62,000 bases of DNA from contig OX597826.1 of assembly GCA_951406725.2 (NCBI GenBank), forward strand, positions 60,036,001-60,098,000, given 5' to 3'. The translations under genes and the position numbers were made by a program. Every line of letters starts with the position of its first letter. The stretch's first letter is position 1. Positions 13,942 to 26,640 of this stretch are shown here, piece after piece. The notes beneath the pieces were generated by a model, which was not told where the DNA came from, did no database searches, and was given only the letters and a program-made list of their open reading frames with translations. The stretch comes from Octopus vulgaris. Its lineage: Eukaryota.

Positions 13942-14520
13942 CATACATAGAGAGAGAGAGAGGTAGGTAAGAGATAGTTGAGTAGACATATATTTACACA
14001 CACACACACATACATATACATATACACTTGAGTGTGTATGTAGCTATACAGAGAGAGAGAGAAAACTGTATATATATATGGTAATTGGTTCTAATTTTAT
14101 AATAGAACGAATAAATTCTTAAAGCCTTGCAGCGTATCTGCTTTCAATGTGTACATTGACTCTTCAAACTCTTATTTCCTCGTTCACACTTTTACTAAGA
14201 TGCAAACAACATACATTACACCATTAAAAAAATGTCTCTAGCATTTTCAAATTTTAGACTTAATTTTTGGCTCACCAGTGAGGTTCCACGTGACCTCAAT
14301 TGGACTGACGTTGCTAAAATTCAACATTTCTTGTGGCTATTTTATGCCATTCATGCTGTTTACTGTTAGCATCTTCGTCATACTTTGAACAACTTTCTAG
14401 AGTGCATTTGAGATTATAAAAATAGTTATTTTAAACTTCTCTTCGGGGCTTGTCTTTAGCTTGCAGCAAGCACGCTGCTTTGTTCTGTAATAAAGTCATC
14501 CCTTTAAATACTCTCTCTGT

Positions 14521-14688
<168 letters not shown>

Positions 14689-15139
14689 GTTATATGTTTC
14701 TACCTCACTACTCGCCACATCCGCACGCACCGTGTTATTTTATCACATTCATATTTACTGAAATTTTCTTCTTGAGAATTATTATGCGGAATTATGATTC
14801 TGGCTGGCATTTGCAAGAAAATTACATACCTATTTATAAGGAAAATTAGATATTTGTAACCTTTCATGCTAATTCTTTCTTGTGCCTGCGAGTGTCAGGC
14901 CACTTAGCTCCATGATTAAGCCATTCTCTCCTTGTCTGCCTCCTTCCCTGCCACATGTAAAGCACATGATGTGAAGATATTTGTGATTCGTTCAAGTTTC
15001 GCTTTAATTATTCAATTCTTCTTTCCTGTAATTCATAGAAGGTCTGGTATGGTCTGGTTTGAAGCCGTAGTGCTCTAATTAGGATATTAATAAATATCAT
15101 AACGTATATCTACTTATCCTTAAATAGAACACACTCTTG

Positions 15140-16095
15140 AGGGTTATGAAGTGATTCCATTCTTTTTCGTCTGCACTTTCTCTTCTATTTGGACCTTGAT
15201 ATTCTGAATGACATCTCGTCGTATTGGAAGGCTTCCGAGTGATGTCTTACAATCTCTCGGGCACCTCTGGATAGCTTCAAACATCCGTTTGTTGCTTGTA
15301 AACCTTGTGATATTTCCGGACCAACGAAACTCATGCTTTCGGTATTCCACAAATGCATGGCTCAGCTCAATCCGCCCTGTTCACGAATTACCTCGTTTCC
15401 TTTATCCTTCCATAAAAATATTTCTTACATGTATCTTTCTATTGGCCATCTATTTCGTAGTCAATCGCCGTTCTCCTTGTCCGTTGTAGCTCACATCATA
15501 CGTCGCTATATGAGTAGACTTAAGTAGTATTATTGAAGAGATTGATAAACAAGAACTTGTCCATCAGGGATTGTAACTGAGAGAAACTGTATCGGATTTA
15601 CCTTTACGCTGTGAGAGATCTTAGGGTTAATGTTTCGAAATACACTTACTGGCATTCTCAGGTAGAAGTTCTCTTTCACGTTCTTTATTTTGTCAGTTCC
15701 TTCCACTAACCTTACACTATGTATTTCCATGCGGTTTATTTCAAGGCCTTCTGCTGAACTCTGGGTATCTATCTCTGTCAGCAAGAACTTCTTCATTTCA
15801 TCCACGAAATTATCTGATTTTAATTTCTATATTAGTGTCCCACAACAATGTAGTCTCTATTTTACAATTGTTGACATTAATAGAAAATCACGGGAAAAAA
15901 GTAATTAAATCAATATCAGTATTCTCACTTACAAAGCACATTCTTCTAATTCATGAAAACTTACTGAAAATTTCAACTTTAATATTTCTGGCGAGACTCT
16001 CCTCTCCCTCTCGTCATTCAAGCCACTTGTTCCGTGGCAAACATCTTCTCACACAAATCTTTCCCCCTTTCTCACACGTAGAAAATATATTATCG
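15140..16095 (-). pseudogene. RTE-clade LINE, degraded 3' reverse-transcriptase region
   Basis: Minus-strand peptides DEMKKFLLTEIDTQSSAEGLEINR and EYRKHEFRWSGNITRFTSNKR...QRCPRDCKTSLGSLPIRR resemble the RTE C-terminal KWRWAGHIAR...RPLGRP motif; many stops and frameshifts. Confidence 0.8.
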
Positions 16096-16296
16096 TGAGA
16101 TGTTTTTGAGTAGTTGATGGTGATTTATTAACTATATAATTTCCCATTCGAATAATTGATGGAACAATTTCGTTAGGAACTACGGTACTCCGCGTTAAAT
16201 ATTATTAATAATAGAATGTTTTATTAAATTAAGTTTTTGTTCATGACAAATATTTCTTCCATATATTGCTATTTTCATTTCGATAAAGTACTATAC

Positions 16297-16344
<48 letters not shown>

Positions 16345-16483
16345 TATGGGATTATATTTTCAGAAAAAAATTTAGATTCAAATGCATATGGTACTTTATT
16401 TAGATGCACCAGAATTTTTTATGGTATTACCCATAAAATTATGTGGGGTGATTGCTTATTTTTGGGTTATATATAAATATATA

Positions 16484-16528
<45 letters not shown>

Positions 16529-16950
16529 GTATGTATGTATACATCATTAATTTATATATATAGTAACTATGGAAGACTGGTGGGATTATTATTTGTATTG
16601 ACCTGATGTTTGCGTGCTATTTAGTATATAGTTTAGTTATTGTAGGTTTACTATTAATGCCGATACAGATGCACATAGAGAAAATGTGTTTGAATATAGT
16701 GGAGTTTTCTTTTTTGCATGTTTGTTCACAAACAACACTTATTTTTGTGCTGTTGACACCGCTGCATTGAATGGTAATGCCCACGTGTCGAAACCATAAT
16801 CATGTCTGTGGGGCAGCTGATGATGGAGGTATGTTGGATTGTTGGTATGACTGTTTTTACATAGGTACAATAGTGTTATAACACATCCTTTTGATATATA
16901 TATATATATATATATACATACTCATATAGATGCACACAATATTTACATCT

Positions 16951-16995
<45 letters not shown>

Positions 16996-17299
16996 AACAG
17001 TAAGGTTTAAAGTTTATGTCAAGAAAGCAAAACAAGTTTAGAAGACTAAATAAATTTTTTCCGACAAATTCAATATGTTTGCAAAATTCACTCATTCTGT
17101 TTTGAAAGTTCTATCTTGAAGCATTAGAGCTCCTTATAAGTCAAAGAATGTGTACAAAACGTACAGTATGATAGAAAAGGTGTAGCCTGTGTCATATCGT
17201 ACTTATCTAATACAGTGCCGAACGATATTAGTGGAGACCTGTTTTTGTAGCTATATTCAATAGACAAGACTATTATATAAAGGATAATTTATATATATA

Positions 17300-17550
17300 T
17301 ATATATTTATCACTAGCTCCTACACACATTTTTCTCTCCTTGTTTTTTCTCTCCTTTTTTTCTCTCCTTTTTTCCTCTCCTTTTTTTTCTCTCCTTGTTT
17401 TTTTTCTACGTATCTTTCTGTCGAAGGGCGTAGCCTCGAAACGTAAAATACTTTTTCTATTTCTATTCCTGAGCGCCATACTAATACATTTGTTTGTTTG
17501 TACTCTATCTGCCTTCGTCTTTTGTTTATTTTCGTAAACCTTCCCGTTAT
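17300..17550 (+). mobile_element. Penelope-like terminal remnant with decayed hammerhead motif
   Basis: ctgtcgaagggcgtagcctcgaaacgtaaaa signature followed by ttcctgagcg as in the 27040-27232 remnant; flanked by (TA)n. Confidence 0.65.
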
Positions 17551-17904
17551 ATATATATATACATATATATATAAAGCAAATAAGTATCAAGGATGTCAAG
17601 GTTTTAGTGCATTGCGGCTGTTTCAGGTGGCTCCATTTAATCGAACAATGCAAGCATTACATCGATTTGAAATACACCGCCATCTTCGGATGCTTTTAAT
17701 ATAGGTTTTCCACATAGAGGATGCACCATTATAATTTTGGGCAAATATTTAATCTGAGGTAGAGAATGAAAAAATTACACGCTGCTATTAACGCAGCAGA
17801 ATGAAACTAGAGAGAAAATACCGTAACTATAATTTGGAGTGGCACGAGGTGTGCGGATAAAACCGGATTGACGTGGTGCATCAACTTATGTACGCAATAA
17901 GAAT

Positions 17905-18060
17905 CTACTTCTAGCGTAAGGGTGTCTACCTAGTGGTTACCCCCTCTTATATGTACATAATACAATTTTACTGAACCTTCATTTTTTTTATACGCTAGAC
18001 TACTGTGAAATTGATGTTAATTAAATTAATATTAAATTTCTCACCGTCATTTTAAATTTA
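17905..18060 (+). mobile_element. Inverted-repeat/tail family, copy 1 (right arm and tail only)
   Basis: cttctagcgtaagggtgtctacctagtggttaccccctcttatatgtacat plus the tail aattttactgaaccttca...aaattgatgttaattaaattaatattaaatttctcaccgtcattttaaattt match the copies at 23805-23962 and 35522-35710. Confidence 0.8.
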
Positions 18061-18069
18061 TATATAGCA

Positions 18070-18115
18070 AAAACTGTCCGATGAACGGCAACGGGAAACT
18101 CAGAGTAACAGGTTT
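18070..18115 (+). ncRNA. Decayed type I hammerhead ribozyme-like motif
   Basis: CUGU-CCGAUGA-A-CGG-CAA-CGG-GAAA-CUC-A-GAG-UA-ACAG: stem I CUGU/ACAG, palindromic stem III, GUA cleavage triplet. U4->C and one stem II change relative to an intact motif. Confidence 0.6.
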
Positions 18116-18589
18116 TGTTGAATTTTCTGCTGCTTTAAATAAAGTATATATATGTATATATATTGTTAAACTGTTTATGAAGTATGATATAACTATATCT
18201 CTCTCGGCATAATATATTATGTATTAAAAGTGGAGCAGAGAAGGAAGATTGTTACAGAATGTCTTAATCGTAACAAATTTTGTAAACTAGAATTCCTTCA
18301 GTTTGCCGGGAGAAGATGCTTTAATGTTTCAAGACAAAATGAAAGTTAGTTTGCCCAATTTCCTGTTCTTTGAAGTTGTGATATGCAATGATTCAATATA
18401 ATTTCTCATATTTACAAATACTAATACTTTAATATCAACGGCGTTATTGTTTTGCATTGAAGATCTTGAAATAAGGGGGAACAAGCAGTTTAAAATTCTG
18501 TATTTTGCGGCACCTTGAGTAAATGTCATCGAGCAATGCCGCAATGAGTGAACTTTCTAATTGGAAACGGTAAGGAAGCTCGTCATGTG

Positions 18590-18835
18590 TGTGTGTGTGT
18601 ATGTGTGTGTGTGTGTGTGTGTGTGAACGTGTGTGTTTATGTGTGTATCCGACCTCACAGCCGCTCGAAAACCGGTGTTGCTTTGTTTATATCTCAGTGG
18701 TTCGGCAACAGAGACAGACAAAATAAGTGCACTACTAAAAAATACGTTGAGCACTCGACCTCTATGATTAGGATCCCTTAAAGCCATGCCCCAGAATGGT
18801 CACGTTTCAATAACTGAAACCACTAAAAGACAAAG
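18590..18835 (+). mobile_element. Diverged SINE family B, 3' half
   Basis: ccggtgttgctttgtttatatctcagtggttcggcaacagagacagacaaaataagt...gccccagaatggtcacgtttcaataactgaaacc. Confidence 0.7.
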
Positions 18836-19289
18836 AACACGTCATATACTACATTAATCTAATGATCCCCTCTTCCACATTTTGCAACACGCTGGTGTGG
18901 GATTTGAGGTTTTAGGTGCTGTTTCTAGCAGATGGCTCCACTACATGAATGCCTCGTCATTGTAATGGGTGGAATGGTTCTTATTGAAGAAATAGTTAGA
19001 CTGATGATGTTTTTTTGTTTTTTATTTTCTGAGAAGCTGACACCATTAACTATTCGTCTTTACCGCTATTTGCACCTCATCGAAACATAAATATAATTAA
19101 AGCCATTCCATGCATGACCATCCTGCTTTTGTATTTCAGTCAGGTAGCTACGTTATCTAGCATCTGCCTACCTTTTCGGAAGACAATAAAATGTAATTTG
19201 AGGGGCATTTGGCTGCTCTTGCTTGCTTTTGAAGCGAACATGTACAGGCTCCCTCATTGTTTCGTAATATGCTTTGTGGTGGAGATGAT

Positions 19290-22200
19290 GGTGTTGGCGG
19301 CGGTGGCTGTGTTAGAGGTGGCGTATCGACTGTGGTAGTGAGGTGATGGTACCGTGATTGTAGTTAAAGAGATAATAGTGTGACGAAATGGTAGCAATGC
19401 TGTGAGCGACGTTGATGAGGTGCTCAGAGTAGTGGAGGTTGGTGGTGATGGTAACCGTCATCGTCATCACCATCGTGTACCGAGAATGGTGTTATTAGAA
19501 GAGCGGTGGCGATGGTGGTGGTGGTTGTGGCGGTGCTGTTGCTGATGGTAGTGGTGGTAGTCGTCGTCGTCGTCGTTGTCGATGTCGTCATCGTCATTTA
19601 CTGGCCTAGATGCTACTACAAGAATAGTGACGATGGTGGTGGTGATGTTGTTGGTGTTCGTGTAGTGGGGTATGAGTATGTTGTGATGATGGTGATGCTG
19701 GTTGTGGGGGCGGTGGAGCCGTAACTGGTGGCGGTGGTGTTGGTGTTGGTGGTGGTGGTGTTGGTGGTAGTGGTGGTGGTGGTGATGAGGGTGCTGGTTG
19801 TGTTGGTGGTGTTGTTGGTGGTGGTGTTGGTGGTGGTGTTGGTGGTGGTGGTTGTGGTGGTGATGGTGTTGGTGGTGGTGTTGGTGGTGGTGGTGTTGGT
19901 GGTGGTGTTGGTGGTGCTGTTGGTGGTGGTGTTGGTGTTGGTGGCGGTGCTGGTGCTGGTGGTGGTGGTGGTGGTGGTGGTGGTAGTGGTGCTGAGGGTG
20001 CTGGTGGTGTTGGTGTTGGATATGTGTTATTACTAATATACATATATTCATTACTGCTCTCGGCACAAGACCCGAAATTTTGGGGGAGGGGGCCAGTCGA
20101 TTAGATCGACCCCAGTACGCGACTGGTACTTAATTTATCGACCGCGAAAGGATGAAAAGTAAAGCCGACTTCGGCGGAATTTGAACTCAGAACGTGCGAT
20201 ATTACGTATATTGCGACACGGTTGTATTTCTATTTAAGATGATGGTCGTCGCTTGGTTTGTTTAACGATGGTGGCAGCGGAGATAGTAGCGACAGTGGTG
20301 TGAGTAGTGGTAGTGGTGGTAGTGTTACAAATAATGATGATTGTGAAAGTGGTGGTAGCGGTCATAGTAGTGTTAGTGGTGGTTATTTGGTGATGGCGTT
20401 GTTTGTGAAGGTGGTGCTGACTATATTTGTGGTGATGGTATTGGTGATGGCTGAGATGGTGGTAGTGGCGATGGTGGTGGTGGTGGGGGGTGATGGTGAG
20501 AGTGGTGATGGTGGTTGTAGTGGGGATGGTGGAGAGTTGATGGTTGTGATGGTGGTAGTTGTGATGGTGGCAGTGGCGATGTTGGTAGTGGCGATGGTGA
20601 GAGTGGTGATGGTGGGAGAGGTAATGGTTGTGATGGTGGTAGTGGCGATGGTTGTGGTGGTTATGGTGGGAGAGGTAATGGTTGTGATGGTGGTGAAGGT
20701 GTTAGAGACGGTGGTGGTGGTGATGTTAGTAGTGGTGATGGTGGCTGTATTCATAGCCATAGTGGTGAAGATAATGATGATGACGATGATAATGATGACG
20801 ACGACGACGATGATGACTACGTCGACGGTAGTTTTAGCTGATGTGAAGTTAGCGGAAGCGGGTGGATGGTGAACGAGTGAAAGATGGCGGAGAAAGAGAT
20901 GTCGTTTATGTCGTTTGCGGATTTGTAACTGCTGAGAAAATTCCAACGGAATCCCTTGACATTGATCGATGGACAATAAAGTGCCGAACCCAGGGTGGCG
21001 GGAAGAGGTGTAGCCGTGTTGGCAGTAGTAACAGCAGGTGTAGATGGTAGTGTGATAGTGGGAGTGGTAGTGGTCGCTTGTGTGATGGTAGTAGTCGTGG
21101 TGTGGCTTTGATATTAATTTTGATGGCGGTGGTGGTGTTGGTGGTGGTGGTGATGGTGGTGGTGATTTTAATGGTGTTGTAGACGTAGGAGTAGTTGTTT
21201 TGGTTATCAGTATTGATTATGATGGTGATAGTGGTGGTGGTGGTGGTGGTGGTGGTGTTGGTGGGTTTCTGGGTGCGGGGGTGATATAATAAGCGTTCAC
21301 ATTTGTGGCGGCGGCGGCGGCAGTTTTGATCGTGATGTTCGAGTGGTATGGCTAGTGGTTGAGCTGATAACTGTGGGAACGGTGGTGGAGGCGGCAGCTT
21401 TGGGCATGGAGGCGGTGGTGGTGGTGGTGGTGGGAGGAATTGTGGTACGGTGGTGGTGACAGTGGAGGCATTGATTTCGCTCTTGTTGTTGTTTTTGTTG
21501 TTGTTGTTGTTGGTGGTGGTGATGGTAGTAATGGTGGTAGATGTGATCGTAGTGCTAGTAGGTTCAGCAATAGTCGTAGTGGTGATAACGATGGGTACTT
21601 TGATGATGTTGGTGCGGCAGTGACAATGACGGCGTCGGTAGCAGTGGTGGCAGTAGTGCTAAATTTATTATTATTGTTGTTGTTGCTGTTGTTGTTGTTG
21701 GTGGTGGTGGTGGTGATGGTGGTGGTGGTGGTGGTGATAATAATAGCAGTGATAATGACGGGGGATGGTGGTAGCAGTGGAAGCCTGGTTGTTGTGGTGG
21801 TGGAGGTGGTTATTGATGATGAAATTGATGATGATGATGATGATGATGAAGATGATGATGATGATGATGATGACGACGACGATGATGATGATGTTGATGA
21901 CAACGGCGACGACGATGATGATGATGACGACGACGACGACGATGATGATGATGATGATGACGATGATGATGATGATGATTGTGCTAGGAACAGTGCTAGC
22001 CATAATGATGGTGGTAGCGATTGAGATGGCGCTGGTGGTGGTTCTGGTCGATAGAGTCGGCGTGATCGAATTAGGATACGTTTACCTACCAGATTGTACT
22101 TTGGCGGTGGGATCAGTGGTAACGGCAACGTTTGTGGTTGATATTATTCTTAATGTTGTTATATTCGCAGATTTAGTGGCGGCGGCGTGGTGGTGGTGGT
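19290..22200. repeat. About 2.9 kb degenerate triplet low-complexity mosaic (GGT/GAT/GTT/AGT on + strand)
   Basis: Seen directly; G-rich on + throughout, the triplet phase shifts repeatedly, and a SINE interrupts it at 20048-20195. Confidence 0.95.
20048..20195 (-). mobile_element. 5'-truncated SINE family A inside the GGT array
   Basis: ggcacaagacccgaaattttggggg...gaaaggatgaaaagtaaagccgacttcggcggaatttgaactcagaacgt. Confidence 0.9.
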
Positions 22201-22616
22201 GAGGGTATGGAATGGGCGTGGTCGGGCGTAATGTTGTTCCTCAGGATTGCGGGATGGATACTGAAAAACAACAAAAAAAAATGACGGGATAGAATTTTAT
22301 CACGCCGATGATGTTTATTTTGTTAAGGTGGATTTGTGAAGTACGACAATAAAGAGCAAGTTTATGAAGATAAATATCAGTCAGTAAACACCCCAGTCTC
22401 CACAGCCACCCGCACCATACCGAGACCTACAACGCAGCGCCTCATAGACCTTCATTTCCAATTCCGTCAAAACATACGCTGTCTGTAAAAATCCTCATTG
22501 CGAAAGGACTTCAATATGGACACAGTATATTTATAAACAAATGTACTCTGATGTGGGTGTCTGTGTGTGTGTGTGTTTGCGCGCGTGTGTGTGTGTGTGT
22601 GTGCGTGTGTGTGAGT

Positions 22617-22665
<49 letters not shown>

Positions 22666-23318
22666 TGTGTCTGTGTGTTTGAATGAGGAGACAGACTGAT
22701 CGGAGGTAATGCGTAAACAGAGAATATGTTACAAAATTTCTGTGTATGATATAAACACACACACACATCCACATTATCACACACTCCCACACACAGACAC
22801 ACACACATATATATGTACATATATGCATACACACGTAGAAACATACATACGCCTACACTTAGACATACGAGCTACACTCACACACATACATTAATGTATA
22901 TGTGTGTGCGTGTGTGTATGTATATACAGAAATAGATAGATAGATTGATAGACAGGTAAATAGATAGATAGGCAAGTAAACATATATATATATATACACA
23001 TATACATATATATATATATATATAGATAGATACATAGATACATAGATACATACATACATTCATAGATACATACATACATACATACATACATAGAAAAATA
23101 GAAAAATCAGAGAGACACACAGACAGACAGGAAGATAGACTGTGAAAGATAGAAGGACTCTTTCTCGGTTTTCTGGGAGTTCTAGTCTGACACTGAACAG
23201 GGAATATCAGGAAATCGTTGATGTTTGTGAGAAGAAGGGAGAGGCGACAGTCATTAGATTGTACTCAATCTTGGAGAAATGTGTCTTTTGTTTACTCCCA
23301 ACATTGTTTTTCTGACAG

Positions 23319-23356
23319 ATATTACAAGAAAATTGCCAGCAGTTAGACGTAAAGAA
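23319..23356 (+). CDS. Candidate 38-nt exon (ILQENCQQLDVK or ITRKLPAVRRKE)
   Basis: Acceptor ttgtttttctgacag, donor gtgagc; two open frames. Confidence 0.25.
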
Positions 23357-23559
23357 GTGAGCAGAGGAACCCAATACAGGCAGGAGGAACAACAACAGCA
23401 ACAATAAACCTTAAACAACAAACACTGAATACGCAGCTATAACAGAAGTAGCAGCATGCTCAGCAACCACAATAACTACAACTACATGAAAATGGAAACA
23501 TATACGTTCATGCACTGACACGTACGCGCGCACATACACTATCTATCTATCTATCAATA

Positions 23560-23596
<37 letters not shown>

Positions 23597-23666
23597 GTCT
23601 GTATGTATGTCTGTCTGTCTGTCTATCTATCTATATTTCACACTGTGTTTCTCTCTCTCTCTCTCT

Positions 23667-23723
<57 letters not shown>

Positions 23724-23724
23724 T

Positions 23725-23962
23725 ATATACATATGAGAGGGATGACCACTATGTAGACAACTCTTATGCTAGAAGCGGATCCGCTATGGTCTTGCCACTA
23801 AGAAATCCACTTCTAGCATAAGGTTTGTCCACATAGTGGTCATCCCTCTCATATGTATATAAAACAATTTACTGAACCTTCAGATTTTACTATGCTAGAC
23901 CACTGGTTTTAAATTGATGCTAATCAAATTAATATCCAATTTTCCCCCTCATTTTAAATTTA
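23725..23962 (+). mobile_element. Inverted-repeat/tail family, copy 2 (compact hairpin plus tail)
   Basis: 56-bp arms at 23725-23780 and 23805-23860 (4 mismatches), 24-nt loop, then the conserved tail. Confidence 0.9.
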
Positions 23963-24465
23963 TATATGTGTATATATAGACATATATTTGTGTATACATA
24001 TATGTACACGTATACATATACATATATACATATAAATATACATAGGCATATATGCGTGTAGATTTAGAAAAATTATCAGTTAGTGGTTATGCAACCGTGT
24101 AAGGGATAAATGTATCCGTAGGCACTACTGGGTATTACTAAACTATGTACAGGTCTTGCTATAAGGTTAACAGCTGTTGGTAATGTAAGTGGTAAATTGC
24201 GGTTTGATATATTCCGATAAAAAAGAAATGGAGCAGCAATTATCGATTAGAAGTAGATCATTGGTATTAAATGGTCATAGTTTAATTATAGTTAAAATAA
24301 CACTTACAGATGTTTCGGTTTGTTATTTTATTTTTGAGGTAAATTTGCATTTATCTCGTTCATTGTAATAAACATCGTCAGAATGATTCGGAGATTATCA
24401 GAGGAAGATTAACAGGCGAAAAAAGGGCAAAAAGAAAAGGAAAAGGAAAAAAGGAATAAAGGGAA

Positions 24466-24626
24466 AAAAGGAAACTAAATAATATTCGTCATACTGGTAA
24501 CTTTCTTTAGAATTGAGATTGAACAAACCTATGAACAAATTCGTTTCATCCGTTATGATACCATTTTATATCCTAATACTATGATGAAGACAGTATATAT
24601 GCCTTATACAATATTTTCTTCTTAAA
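24466..24626 (+). repeat. 161-bp direct repeat, copy 1
   Basis: Six substitutions relative to 27407-27567. Confidence 0.95.
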
Positions 24627-25119
24627 GGAAAAAATTAGAATATTTGCTAAGAAATGTGGCTAATATAAGCTAATAAATGTATGCACGTTACCCTGCTGCA
24701 ATCAAATCCCCGATGATCTGCTGGTTCACAGGTGGATGGCATAAGGAACTGACTGTATCTAGTCCCGTTTATATACGCACCAAATCAATTAGCGAGACAG
24801 AGTGCCACCTTTAGAAATATACTCGTTTGCATTTGACGGGTATCGTTACCTATACATAGACACATACGTACATACATACAAGAATTCATACATACATACA
24901 TTCATACATACAGAGAGACAGGCAGACGGATATACACATAAATAATTCATAAACTGGAGATACGTGCTCAAGTCAAACGGGCAGACCTCATGTTAATATA
25001 TATATGTGTATGCATGTATATTTATGTATACACACACAGCCGGAGAGGCAGACAGACATACGCACACTCGTTCATACATATACACACACATATAGTCATA
25101 TATATACACACATACACAT

Positions 25120-25533
25120 TCTCTTTCACTCTTTTATTTGTTTCAGTCATATGACTGCAGCTATGCTGGAGCACCGCCTGTAGTCGAACGAATCGATCCC
25201 AGAACGTATTCTTTGTAAGCCTAGTACTTATGCCATCAGACCCTTTTTGTCGAACCGCTAAGTTACAGGAACGTAAACATATCAGCATCGGTTGTCAAGC
25301 GATGTTAGGGGTGGGGAACAAACACGCACACACATACACACACACACACACAAACTCATATATATATATATATACGACAGGCTTTTTCAGTTTCCGTCTA
25401 CTAAGTCCACTCACAAGGCCTTGGTCGACCCGAGGCTGTCGTAGCAGTCACTTGCACAAGATGCCACGCAGTGGGACTGAACCCGGAACCATGTGGTTGG
25501 TAAGCAAGCTACTTACCACACAACCAATCCTAC
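25120..25533 (-). mobile_element. Full-length SINE family B
   Basis: Head ggattggttgtgtggtaagtagcttgcttaccaaccacatggttccgggttcagtcccactgcgtggc through to the 3' tail. Confidence 0.9.
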
Positions 25534-25609
25534 GATTATCATCATCACCATTGGCCTCATATTTCTTATGTGAGAATCACGATAGTATTCTAGTTGAAGT
25601 GTGCTGTTA

Positions 25610-25914
25610 AAGACCACTAAGAAATATAATAATAATGATATTAATAATGATAATCATCCTCATCATCACGATCGTCGTTATCACTATGCCAATCATCATC
25701 ATTGCCATCATCACGGCGTTTGTCATTATCGTCTTAACGCTATGTTTAGTATAAAAGCTTTAAGCCAATATGTAAATAACTAGAACCTGATTGACGTGAG
25801 GAATCATGTTGAATGTTAATTTATTTTAATGTTCATTCAGGTGTAGCGAAGGAGATTTCGATAACAATAGTAAAGTGCACAACGGGAGAAAGTGATGAAA
25901 TGATGATGGTGATG

Positions 25915-25966
<52 letters not shown>

Positions 25967-26221
25967 GGGGTGGTGGTGGTGGTGATGATGATGATGAGGA
26001 GGAGGAGGATGATGTTGATGATGATGAAGACGATTATGACGACGACGATGATGATACTGACGATGATGACAAATATCATAATACTAATGATAATAGTAAC
26101 AATGAAGACGATGTTAATGATAGAAACAGCAACGACAAGAGCAACAACGAAAACAACAACAGCAACAAAAACAGCAGGAATAACAAAAAAAGCAACAGCC
26201 ACGACGATGATGATGATGATG

Positions 26222-26269
<48 letters not shown>

Positions 26270-26425
26270 GTAATAATAATAATAATAATAACAATAATAA
26301 TGATAATAATAATAATAATAATATTAATATTAATAATCATGATAATAATAATAATTATAATAATAATAATAATAATATTAATAATAATAATAATAATAAT
26401 TATAATAATAATAATAATAATAAAG
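25610..26425. repeat. Compound triplet microsatellite (ATC/ATG, GGT, GAT/GAC, AAC, AAT)
   Basis: Seen directly; ends in a long, nearly pure (AAT)n at about 26220-26420. Confidence 0.95.
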
Positions 26426-26571
26426 GGTTTGTGAATAACTAAAAGGAGTTAAAGAGATACAATAATATACAGTATAAGCGAAAATATGACAGTAGTTATG
26501 AAACGTATGTAATGAGTTAAGATGTTATCCAGAAACATATTATGCAACATGTGACGGGTCATACTAAATAA

Positions 26572-26640
<69 letters not shown>

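Noticed and set aside
19467-26442. Long poly-H/P/V/T/D/N/I ORFs
   Set aside because: They lie in triplet arrays, are open in several frames on both strands, and shift phase repeatedly.
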